From Veleropilina oligotropha (lineage: Eukaryota): DNA of 64,000 nucleotides. Position 1 is the first letter of the stretch, and every line of letters begins with the position of its first letter. Under the pieces are notes generated by a model that had not been told where the DNA came from, searched no databases, and saw nothing but the letters and a program-made list of their open reading frames with translations. Shown piece after piece: positions 38,850 to 48,965 of this stretch. A program made the translations under genes and the position numbers. The stretch lies in contig JBEUKZ010000064.1 of the NCBI GenBank assembly GCA_048128005.1, positions 434,001-498,000 on the forward strand, given 5' to 3'.

Positions 38850-41800
38850 ATGTCGACTATGGATGACTATATAGACCAACTGCTCGCAGACATGCAGGCA
38901 TCTGAAACTCTCCGGGACGTGGTTCAGAATATTCTAGACGAACCAATCCCGGAAGACGTGAAGGAGCGCTTGTTGAAGCCTCTGGTCCCATCCAAGGATC
39001 CCCAAACGGAGAGAAAGCGGAAAGCCATTGTTGAGGAATTTGACCCAATCCCCCTCTCCAAAAAGCCCCGGACAGCCCAGGACTACCAGAATGATCTACT
39101 AGGGCTGTTTACCACAACAGCGGGGCAACAATTCATCGACCTGGATGACCAGGCCCCTCCCCCTGTAAGGCTCCCAGCAAAAGAGCCGTGGGTGGAACTC
39201 TTGAACGACGCCAAAGACGAGTTTGAGGTCGATGGCGCCGCGGCGGCCTTCTCCACATGGAGGGTAGAAGTAGAGAACATCGAAGCGAGGGCTGGCCGGC
39301 TGGCCCTGGATGCCCGTATGACAGACGCGAGAGCGGCACAGCTCCTCACAGCCCTTCCCAAGGGTGAGTTTCTCCTGAGGATAAAGTTCTTGCGGGAGTG
39401 GGGTGAAGGCGACTGGGTGGTCGAAGACAAGTTTGACCCGGTGAAGGCTGCGAGGAAGAAGGGCCAGGGTGTCGTTGAGATCTCTCAGGACACTAAGCCA
39501 GGTGCTATCACTGGGGTCGACAAAGCCTACTACGAGAACGCCTACCCGGTTACTGCAGTCGTCTACGGCCTCTACCCTCTCAGAGAACCAAACCCAGCCA
39601 ACCTGGTTCCAATGAAGAACGGCGATCTCAACTGCGTTGCCCAGAGTGGTTGAGCACTTCGAAGGTGCCCTGAGAGGAAACGGACTCACCCCGATAAGGC
39701 GGCAGAAAATACAGGAGTGGGAGGCGCGAGTTCATGTAACAGGCGCCACTGTGGATGATATATCCATCCTCGAGAAGATACTGAAACGGGCGATCATCGT
39801 GCGAGACATCGCAGGTGCCGACATCTACAACAGTGGTAAATACCGCAGTCAAGGAAACCATACATTCAGACAAGTAGAACTCATCTGTCACAACGGCCAC
39901 GCCTGGTCCAAGGACCTACACTTCCCGCAGTCTCGCGAGGTCAACATCTACGAGGGCGATGTCTGGGAAGCTATCCGACAAGCCACACGTAACGAGCCAT
40001 TGGCTGTCTGGCTCCTTGGCGGTACAGACCGACAGCTCAACGTGAACCAGTTCGTGCTTCAGGACGGCCGCACTTACCGGACAAAAGAGGCTCACGAGAG
40101 ACTCCAAGAAGCCTGTAAGGCTCTGGGGGATGAGTCTCTCGCCGATAGAGCCTTTGGTGAGAACCATGCAGCTAGCATTATGGCCAAAGAGAACAACGGC
40201 TGGAGACCTACCCCAGCGGGCCTGCTCGATGATATCCAGAAGGCCTGCGTAGAGCATGGCCATGGTGGCCTGTGGAATTCCATGAACTACGATACGGGCG
40301 ATGTCTGCTGCATCGACATGAAAGCCTGCTACCCTGCCAGCTTTCTGGGGAAGGGCGAGGCTAAGCCGTACTTCGAAAGATTCGGGCACCCAACCCACAG
40401 CATGACCCGGGTCGCAATTAACGGTCCTCTACCCCGAGACATCGGTACCGGGTTTGCCGAGGTCGTGGAATGGGAGTTCGCACAAGACATCCACCCCGTC
40501 ATTCCCGCCTGGTTCGGAAAGCACTTTGCAGAGAATGAATGGGCCCCGACGCCTCTGCTCGCCTTCCTCATAGAATCTGGACTGCTAAAAAGCCTCAAGA
40601 TCCGAGAAGCCATCATCGCGTTCAGAAAGCAAACCGATGTCTGGCTTCCTGAGAATCGTGACCAGGGATGCCGTATTATCGGCAAATTCACCCAAGGCGC
40701 CAAGGCTGACGGCAAAAGATTGACCCGTAGACTGGTGATTGACCAGGGAGAGCTTGACTTCCTCGTAAGAGACACCCGCCAAAGCGGTACCCTGGTCGGC
40801 GCACCTCAGAGATGCCCTATGGGTCACATCCTCACGTACTATGATGGCTCCCAGCCTCAGTACGCCCACCTGAGGGCATCGATGCTGGCCTATGCCCACA
40901 TAAGCCTCTTGAGCATGCTTCAGCGTTTCACCCCTGAGGAAGCTGTCCGAGTGGCCACTGACAGCATCTACCTCAAGAAGGCCTCGTTGGAGAAGCTCGA
41001 CGATGTCACGGTGTACGTTGCCCCACAGCTCTGCGACTGTGGCGATAAATCGTGCATCTCCTGTCTGATCGGGGAGACGTACCTTCCGCCAGTAGCACCG
41101 GCCCAGTGGCGTGACAAGGGGGAACAGCTTTACCTGCCACAGGAACATGCCGCATACCTGCCCAAGCCAGAGTATTGTTGTGCCGCCAATTCCAGCCAGC
41201 CAAGCACCGCGCCTTGCTACAATGACACGCTGACCCACCATCGCCTGAGTTACCTCAATGGTGGAGGGGGCTGTGGCAAGACTACGAGAGCGATCGAGCT
41301 CTTCCGGGCAAGGAATCCCATTGTATTCACGCCAACCCACCGCCTCGCTAAAGAGATGCGAACCAGAGGCGTCAAAGCCCAGACCTACCACAGTTTCTTC
41401 CGATGGAGCGGCCAGACTGACTGGACACCCGACCGCATGGGTCAGAAGTTCATCCCCCGCGTCATTATCTGGGACGAGGTCTGTACTGTTCCCCGGCCTA
41501 TCCTCGAGATGTTCTTGGACTGGCTGGGCCACCACGAAGTTCAGGTTATCTGCTGTGGCGATCAGGGCCAGCCACCACCGATTACGGGCGAGATGCCGCA
41601 CGATTGGCTGCGACAGACCGCGGACTACTATGAGGAGATCGAAGTAGACTACAGGGCGAAAGACGACCCTGCCCTCCAAGCCCTGAAAAGACGTATACGT
41701 CTCCAGCCCGACAAAATCCAGTGCGGGGAAATGCGTAAGAGTCTCCCCAGCTGCCTTGGATGGGATCGGTTTGTCAACACCTGGAGGCCAGGCGACCTAA

Positions 41801-42528
41801 TCCTCACCAGCCGTCAGAAGGTCCGCGAACGGGCTCAACAGCTGTTGCTCCAGAGGCACAAGGAGCACTTCCCAGACTCCCCGGTACCTATCCTTTATCA
41901 CCCCAGGGACACCCGTAAGCAAAATATCATGGTAACCATTCCGAGCACCGATGAAAGAGAGGAGCTAGTTCTCAACGACGTCGTTGAGGTCACGATTGAG
42001 GCCGCTGAGCAGGCTATCCTGACCCCGGATTGGCGCCTGGGCTATGCTCTCACCATCCATTCGAGCCAGGGTCTTACCATTCACGACCCACAGAAAGTCT
42101 GGATCATCGACGACTACCTTCAGTGGAGTAATCTCGCCTACCTAGCCGTGTCCCGGGTGGAGTATCTGCATCAGCTCGAGCGGGTAACCTGTCCTCCAGA
42201 TGAGGGTTCTGAGGACAGGCCGCCCCAAGCGCAGCAGAGCAAGCAGCAGCTCCGAAAAACCATCCAGAGGAAGCTCGTGGCATACATGCGCCAGGACCAG
42301 GCAAAGGGACTCCCGGGGTTTAACCTCAAGGTCGACGACATCCTGCGGCTCAGAGAGGCCCAAAACAACCGATGCGCAGCATGTAACATAGAGCTGCTCT
42401 GGGCCTACCAGCCCAAAGACACACAGCAGTTCAGTGTCGACAACCGCAGGGGCCACATCCGCGACAACGTGCGCTTAACGTGCCTTGAATGTAACCGAAA
42501 AAGAGGATTTGCGGTTGTTAACGCCTGA
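38850..42528 (+). CDS. Replicase fusion (E2): N-terminal domain / OTU-like / divergent PolB / SF1B helicase / HNH-like; one frameshift at ~39645
   Basis: GDLNC...CHNGHAW; IDMKACYP (PolB motif A); RIIGKF (motif B-like); RVATDSIY (motif C); GGGGCGKT, IIWDE, CGDQGQPPP, ALTIHSSQG and YLAVSR (SF1 helicase); CAAC...GHIRDNVRLTCLECN. Confidence 0.82.
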
Positions 42529-43522
42529 GAACCGGCGGCAGTTGGGTGTCACGAGGCACCACGAGAAGTTCCTCACGAACGAACCCACGCGGTGGTCCAT
42601 CAAGCAAGTAGTAGAGCACAGGCTCGTCAGGTTTAGTGACAGAGCGTCCAAGCCTGTGCACTTTTAGAGACCACACCGGGTCAGTCGCTCGCCGGCGACC
42701 ACCCTCCAACTCACCGGGTTGGTATAGGTATCGAACATCTACGTCAGAGGGGAGTTTCTGTTCCTTCCCCTGTCGGCCTGGAACAGTGGAAGAAGGATTT
42801 TGTGCAATGCGAGGTGCCTTGATGGCGTCCTTGGGCTTTTTACCGGTCAGCCTGGTCACTTCCCCATTCAATGCCGCAACAACGGCGGGCAGCCTGGCGA
42901 CCCACTCAGTTGACCTTTGACCCTCTTTCGCAGACCCTGTAAAACTCATCTCTGTTGCATACTGGTGCCCGAAGAGCCGCTCAGCGAGCGTCCGGTTGAA
43001 GCGCTCCACGATCCCTTGATCGCGATGGAGATCCACACGGCCACGCCTAACCTCGACATTATTATTTGCCAGCAGCTGGGAGACCGTCCCCATGAACTCG
43101 CGCCCTGGATCAACCTGAAGCAATTTCGGCCAGCTAAGAGGACTCCGCCTGTAGATTCGAGACAGAGCTTCAGCAACCCCTTTGGCCTCTTTTGTGGCCA
43201 GAGGCTCAGCTTCTTTAAAGCGACTGGCCACATCAACCACAGTCAAAGCGTACTTATAGGTTTTACGGCCGACCTTGTCATGGGGGAGAAACAGGAGGTC
43301 GGCTTGGTGAACCTCGTTTGGCGTTACGACGTCGAATTTTGGTCTTGGAATCCGCCGTGGCGCAGGTAAATAGATCTGCCATATAGCCTGCCTCTTAAGC
43401 CATGTCCGGGCCTCCATTTCAGACGCCTTGGCAGCCTCCGCTAGTTTCTTGATGGCTGCAATGCCTTTCCAGTAGCCCTTAGGGCTGTAGTACATCCTCG
43501 CAAGCTTACTATCCATCAGCAA
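42518..43522 (-). CDS. Retroviral-type (rve, DDE) integrase (E2)
   Basis: HQADLL...VDVASRF...QVDPGREF...VERFNRTL; intact ORF. Confidence 0.92.
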   Translation of the reverse strand: MLMDSKLARMYYSPKGYWKGIAAIKKLAEAAKASEMEARTWLKRQAIWQIYLPAPRRIPRPKFDVVTPNEVHQADLLFLPHDKVGRKTYKYALTVVDVASRFKEAEPLATKEAKGVAEALSRIYRRSPLSWPKLLQVDPGREFMGTVSQLLANNNVEVRRGRVDLHRDQGIVERFNRTLAERLFGHQYATEMSFTGSAKEGQRSTEWVARLPAVVAALNGEVTRLTGKKPKDAIKAPRIAQNPSSTVPGRQGKEQKLPSDVDVRYLYQPGELEGGRRRATDPVWSLKVHRLGRSVTKPDEPVLYYLLDGPPRGFVREELLVVPRDTQLPPVLRR

Positions 43523-43739
43523 TGTATTCCAGTAAACTGATCAGTCTCCAACAGGCTTCAGCTTCCGGAGCCGGTCGCTGCGCAGTCGTCGCCCGAAGGT
43601 TGGTCGGGCCCGAGAGCACCAGGACTGCGAACCGCACCATAGTCTTTTCGTCGCGGCGCCAGCAGTCGAGTGACGTAGTACTAAGGCCCACCCCGCTGAC
43701 CGCAAGCATGGCGCAGTACAGCTCTTCTGGGAGCCCCAT
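43509..43739 (-). CDS. 76-aa hypothetical protein (E2); partly deleted homologue in E1 at ~26856-27095
   Basis: MGLPEELYC...EAEACWRLISLLEY is conserved in both elements. Confidence 0.5.
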   Translation of the reverse strand: MGLPEELYCAMLAVSGVGLSTTSLDCWRRDEKTMVRFAVLVLSGPTNLRATTAQRPAPEAEACWRLISLLEYIADG

Positions 43740-43780
43740 TACTATACATGCCCACGAAAAAAAATGTCCACTGGAAATAA

Positions 43781-44233
43781 TTAGGCGAGCTTGTAGGCTA
43801 CCAACCCGGTCGCAGCCATCCCCAGGATGATGAAGGTGATCTCACGTCCCTTCTGGCCATCACTAGGCGTGTAGTAGTCAGACAGGGCGGGCTCAGGGCC
43901 ACCCCCTAGGCCGGGGTCAAGGTTCTTGCCGGTGATCAATGCATACTCACGGATCGCGGCGTCAACATCCCGGAATGTGCCAACAGCGTGACCCTGGCGG
44001 CGAAGTTCAACGTTCAGCCAATCGAGACGCTCTGCCCTCTGTTGTGACCATTTAGTCTGAGCAGCGTTGAGCTGTTCTACAGCAATGTCGTGGCGTTTAC
44101 GCTCCGCATCGACACCGGAGCTGCGTAGCTTCGAGAAGAGGAAGTTCGAGCCGCTGAAGGCGAGGGCGTTGACGAGAGCGCCCCCAACCAGCATCGCAAT
44201 GGAAGCCATTGAAATGCTGCGATTATCTAGCAA
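43781..44233 (-). CDS. ~145-aa protein with hydrophobic termini (E2)
   Basis: Orthologue of 26381-26821. Confidence 0.8.
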   Translation of the reverse strand: MLDNRSISMASIAMLVGGALVNALAFSGSNFLFSKLRSSGVDAERKRHDIAVEQLNAAQTKWSQQRAERLDWLNVELRRQGHAVGTFRDVDAAIREYALITGKNLDPGLGGGPEPALSDYYTPSDGQKGREITFIILGMAATGLVAYKLA

Positions 44234-44240
44234 GGTCCCA

Positions 44241-44480
44241 CTACTTCAATATATCGGCCGGAATGATGCCTTGCTTGATCAGCATGTCTTTCGTCGCCAT
44301 GGCGAGCGCTACGTCGAGGACGACCATCCCGACATCGTAGCCCGTGAAGTCCAGTTTGGGGCTCGCTCCCTTGAATACCATCTTTGTCAGGCGTGCGTAG
44401 CCAATGGCGAGGCCTGACACTATAGCGGCGTGGTATACAGCATTGCCGAGCATCTTTCCATCAGTGATTGGGGTAGTCAT
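44241..44480 (-). CDS. 79-aa hydrophobic protein (E2)
   Basis: Orthologue of 26127-26366. Confidence 0.8.
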   Translation of the reverse strand: MTTPITDGKMLGNAVYHAAIVSGLAIGYARLTKMVFKGASPKLDFTGYDVGMVVLDVALAMATKDMLIKQGIIPADILK

Positions 44481-44509
44481 AACTGTTGATTAGTACTATT
44501 GATTTGCGA

Positions 44510-45001
44510 CTATTGCATATGAAAAGGGTTCTGCTTCTTCAATTCGATAGTGGGGGCGGCCCGAGGCTGCCTAGCGTCCGCGTCTGGTGGCTGTTGATGT
44601 GGTGTGGATGGACCAGGGTTGCTGCGTTCTGAGGACGTCTTCCAGACAACAAATACCAACGCAACCGTACCGGCAGCGACGGCTACCTGGGTCCAATTAA
44701 ATAGGTCCGATTTCCGTGTATCTGGCGCACGCGGTCTTTCTGCGGCTGGAACCGCCTCCCCGGGCTGTTCTGATGGAACGACAACACTTGTTGGGGCACT
44801 CAGGTCTTCTTTCATTTTTCGAACCGCGGCCAGTAGCTTCTCCTGCTTGGCTTTTCGAGCAGCAGCGCCGGCCCTCCCTGCAGCCACTTTTTTCGGGTCC
44901 TTTTTACTCACTGATGAGTCCGTCGAAGAAGTCACCCTCTCTATCGGCTGGCTCTCGATCGGCTGGCTCTCGATCACTTGGTCCACTTCCAGCGTTGTCA
45001 T
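44510..45001 (-). CDS. Basic, low-complexity protein with a TM-like segment near the C-terminus (E2)
   Basis: MTTLEVDQ...KKDPKKVAAGRAGAAARKAK...VAVAAGTVALVFVVW. In E1 it is in frame with the upstream ORF. Confidence 0.6.
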   Translation of the reverse strand: MTTLEVDQVIESQPIESQPIERVTSSTDSSVSKKDPKKVAAGRAGAAARKAKQEKLLAAVRKMKEDLSAPTSVVVPSEQPGEAVPAAERPRAPDTRKSDLFNWTQVAVAAGTVALVFVVWKTSSERSNPGPSTPHQQPPDADARQPRAAPTIELKKQNPFHMQ

Positions 45002-45671
45002 CTTGATCTCGCCCTCGCTCTGGTATCTTAGGCGGGCAAACATGTCCAAATTGGCAGTGCTTAGCCGTGGTCAACGCTGCGGTCAGCGGTGCGAGGTACA
45101 TGCCATATTTATAATACAGCTCACAGCTTGCAGTGGTCAGGGCATGTGAGATGAACGGGTCGGCCTCCAGGTCGGCGATCAGTCGTAGCTGGTTTGCTGG
45201 TGGAATGGGCAGGAACATCCCAGCTGCCCCCGCGTAGAGATGAATAGCTGAAGTCCCCAGAGTCTTCGTCACATCGGCACCGAGTTTCGCTTCATACCTC
45301 GCGTGGTGCTTTTCGACCTCGTCGTCAGTCATGTCGTCTATCCGGTCCACTGTGAGGTTACGCCCCATGTATCGGTGGGCCTGTCCTCCAACGGCTAAGG
45401 CTGCAAGCCTCTCACGCTTTGCCGCGCAAACGGAACTTGCGACTCCACTGTTACTGACAGGTTCCTTGCCATCGGGAGTCAAGCGACAGCTGTTGATGGT
45501 CGTTTCTTGTTCGTCATCCATGAGTTGATCGATGAGGCTGTCCATCCTGAAGCGTTTCCAGCATCGCCTCACCGGTCTAATATAACTGTAAATCCAATAC
45601 CACAATGTAGCGAGTAGGAGCAAGATCAGGCTCTGGCTGAAAGCAAAAGCTAGATATACAGCGTCCGACAT
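44904..45671 (-). CDS. Hypothetical protein with N-terminal TM helix (E2)
   Basis: MSDAVYLAFAFSQSLILLLLATLWYWIY...; homologous to 24909-25550. Confidence 0.6.
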   Translation of the reverse strand: MSDAVYLAFAFSQSLILLLLATLWYWIYSYIRPVRRCWKRFRMDSLIDQLMDDEQETTINSCRLTPDGKEPVSNSGVASSVCAAKRERLAALAVGGQAHRYMGRNLTVDRIDDMTDDEVEKHHARYEAKLGADVTKTLGTSAIHLYAGAAGMFLPIPPANQLRLIADLEADPFISHALTTASCELYYKYGMYLAPLTAALTTAKHCQFGHVCPPKIPERGRDQDDNAGSGPSDREPADREPADREGDFFDGLISE

Positions 45672-45712
45672 GCGAGAGCTTGCTGGGCAGCTACTTAGCA
45701 TCTGCTGGGTAG

Positions 45713-46345
45713 CTATAGCACACTATAAGCAACGGGCTGATCAGTTTTCAACAGAAGCTTAGCGTGTCGTGTCTCGGCCAACAGCCGGCGAACCTCGGTC
45801 CGTTCATCCTGCGACGGGATTACATCGTTCTCGCGCAGACAGTCCTCGAAACTGTCGCGGTCCTTGCAATGGAACAGCGCGACCCAGCGGGTCTGCTCTC
45901 TGAGCTCCTTCAAGACCGAGTTGTACTTTTGCGTCACTACCCATACGCTCTGTTCGGCATGCCTGCCGCTGAAGGCCAACAAAGTCAGCATGTCCCGTTT
46001 TTTTGCCATAGCTTTGCTGGCGGCGCAGTCGTCGATTATGTACAGAGTCGACTCCCCCTGAAACAGCCGGTAGAACCCCCGCAGCCAGTCATGGAGTCGC
46101 TCACCCGGGGGGATCAAATACACCTCAGGGTCGGTCCAGATCCACGGACAAGACTGGTATGCTTTGTTGTACTTGATCGTGGGGCAGAGGACCACGATAT
46201 GCCGGAAGACGCCTCGATACTCCCCCTCCAGCAGTTCAAGCATGAAAACCGTCTTACCACAACCGGTCTGGCCGCAGATGATTGCGGAGTGGGGGTCCTT
46301 GGTGTGCGGAAATCGTTTAGTACAGTGCTTCGACGAATCGGCCAT
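45713..46345 (-). CDS. A32/FtsK-like DNA packaging ATPase (E2, intact)
   Basis: GQTGCGKT, YIIDD, FSGRH and VVTQ; 210 aa. Confidence 0.88.
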   Translation of the reverse strand: MADSSKHCTKRFPHTKDPHSAIICGQTGCGKTVFMLELLEGEYRGVFRHIVVLCPTIKYNKAYQSCPWIWTDPEVYLIPPGERLHDWLRGFYRLFQGESTLYIIDDCAASKAMAKKRDMLTLLAFSGRHAEQSVWVVTQKYNSVLKELREQTRWVALFHCKDRDSFEDCLRENDVIPSQDERTEVRRLLAETRHAKLLLKTDQPVAYSVL

Positions 46346-47617
46346 TCTCGATATTCAGCTGTGCGTCCATGATCACGAACTCGTAGACGTTCAGTGGACC
46401 GGCCGCTTCGGCTGTTTTAGTGATCTGAATAGTAATGCCTTCGCTGGCGTTCTCGACCCTCCGGCCTGACCCGTGCAACTGATCGTCGTCAGTTACCCGC
46501 ATATCGATCCAGAGCGCAAATTTCTTAGTCAGAAATTCGCCCAGGGTGACGTCTGCCATCTCCAAGTCCTTTGCGACCATCGCGACCTCAGGATGCCGCT
46601 TACTGCTGCCGGAGGCGAACATTTTCTTGGCTTCTTCCCAGATCTGTATGTTCGCATGCCCTGGCTGTAGATTTGATTCGGGACACCCTCGATTGTGACC
46701 TCGACCTTTGTGATCTTCGGATTATAGAAGGCCTCAGTATCGCGAGAGAATGGCGCGGCGTCTCTCGCAGGGTCCTCGAACAACAGTAGTATTCCTTTCA
46801 TCGACCTCGCCGGTACGTTCACATTCATATTCCACAACGAGTCGCTCTTGTCTAGGGTGAGCTTCCGATGCCGGAGAACACGGTCGTACAGGATTACGAG
46901 TTGACCCTGGTATTGATTTCGAATCCGTCTGGCAAGCTCGGATTGGGTTACCATGTCATATTCGAGGGATATATTGTCGATGGAATAGCTGGAACCGGAG
47001 TCGTCCGTCTCCCGGATAGTCCGGGAGTAGTCGTTGAACGTTAGCTCATACTCGAGACGGTCTCCAAGGGCGCTTTGATAGAATGGCATGTGACTTTCCA
47101 ACAGCTCGAAATCCAGCGGGATGCGGAATCGGTTACCGTACGCGGCCGCGACCGCGACATCCTCAGACAGTCTAAAGGCGTCTGCCGCACCAACACGATG
47201 CTTCGTAGTGTTGTGTCCATCGCTGGTATCAATCCCCTGGTACTGGGCGTTCTTGCGCTCCCCTGTGGTCTTCCAGAGATCGCAGTAGCAGTGGTACACG
47301 TCGGAGTCGTCAATCGACATGATCTCGTTTCCACTTATCTTTATCGTGGTCTTTCTGATCACGGCACGGCCGATATTTTGCACTACAGTCCTATTCGCAT
47401 TTACCGAGGTCAGAGAGATGGTAAATGCGAGGTGGGCAGTCCCTGGAACGATCACGTCATTCGCCCCGAGATTAGGGAATCGAACCAGGAGCTGCTGGTT
47501 GGCGGAAATCGTTGATGGATTGTTTGTTATGGTCACCGACTGGCGAATACCCTTGACCGCGAGGGGCTCACGCAGTCTGCGGTATGGATTAAGCTTGCGT
47601 CCGTACACGCTAGTCAT
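46317..47617 (-). CDS. Putative major capsid protein (E2); single 1-nt frameshift near 46645
   Basis: About 433 codons, beta-rich, upstream of and overlapping the ATPase. The fold is inferred from size and gene context. Confidence 0.7.
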
Positions 47618-47653
47618 GGCTGAATTAGATGCGTATCCCACTGATGTATTCAA

Positions 47654-48965
47654 ATGGCGGAATTCGAGAACCCCGCATTCGAGCCGGACGATCTCATCGA
47701 CAACGATGATACCATCATCGACGATACTGATGTGGATCTATCCACCGACCGGTTTATGCCTGTTCTTTCGGAACGGCCACAGGAAGGAACCAGCAGTCTT
47801 CAGCAAGAGCTCGTTCAGGGCGTAGTTGACGACTACTACAAAGCCCTGGCACAGGAGGGGCAGACCACCGCGGCAGGGCGAGATTATTCAAAATTCAAGT
47901 ATGTGAGGGGAAAATTAGGGAGGGGGGGAAATTGGTGATGACGGACTACCCCGACATCAATCTCATAAATTCTCGCACCGGCAACCCCTTGGCGTTGTCA
48001 ACAATAGCTGGCCGGCCTGGTGGGGGTGATGCAATCCGTGAAGGGTTGGGGTTTGTACACTGGACGCGGGGGGGACAAAAGCCGTCCTCAAAAGCGGTTG
48101 CAGCTCTTCAGACAGCCGACAACGAGTTGAGCGGTGCGGCCGCTAATGTCGAAAACGTAGAACTGCGGGACTTGGGGCAGACTGCTACTGATGCCTCGGT
48201 AGCAATCCACACGATGGAGACGAAATTCACTGATACCGAGGTTGAAGAGATCTTAGGCACAATGGGGGACCCTCCGTTAAATCTTCGCGAGCTTCGCGGA
48301 CTTGACAAGGCGATGCAGACCATCCGAGGCGAACTAACCAACAATCTAGCCAAACTAACGGCGCTGGACGAACACATAGAGCTGGAGAAGATGAAGCTCG
48401 ATCAGGCAGATGAAGAGGGCGGTGTGGATGAGTTCATCCGTCGACGGATCGCGGAACGTCTGCGCGACCTGAATGATGAAAGAGCAGCTCGCCTAGAGGC
48501 AGCATCATCAAGCCGGGAGGCCCTTCGCTCTCAAATCAGCCGGATCCGAGAGATGATAAGTCGGATCCTGAACACCGACACAATGCTGGCCGAGCGTATC
48601 CGGACCCTGTTCCGCGAGCAAGGGGTTACGATCGCAACAATACTGACCGCTATCGGGCTCGCCATCTCGACTTTGGTACTAGCCCTGACAGGTGGAGCAA
48701 CAAGCCCGCCAACGCCACCACCACCTCCCAGTGGTCAGGGGGGGTCAAGGAGTGGGTCAAAAAGCAGCTGCAGAACTTGGGAAGGATTCTAGGCAAACTA
48801 GCAGGGAAGGCCGCAGCCGCGCTCCCAGGAATACTTGGAAGCCTGGTCTCCTGGCTAATCAACCTGATTGGCAAGACAGCATCGTGGCTCGCTGAAAACC
48901 TATGGGCACTGGTCATATCAGTTGGGGGCTTGCTTCTTATTGCCGCTAGACAGTGGGTCACGTAA
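47654..48965 (+). CDS. Coiled-coil membrane protein with amphipathic C-terminus (E2); frameshifts in G-runs at ~47925 and ~48742
   Basis: Three ORFs join and match E1 21626-22904. Confidence 0.7.

Noticed and set aside
39628..39660. Programmed ribosomal frameshift in the E2 replicase
   Set aside because: No slippery heptamer is present and E1 is continuous here. An AG dinucleotide loss is the simpler explanation.
40585..41679. 364-aa minus-strand ORF and similar overlapping ORFs in both elements
   Set aside because: These are antisense shadows of GC-rich genes, with no motifs and no conservation between E1 and E2.
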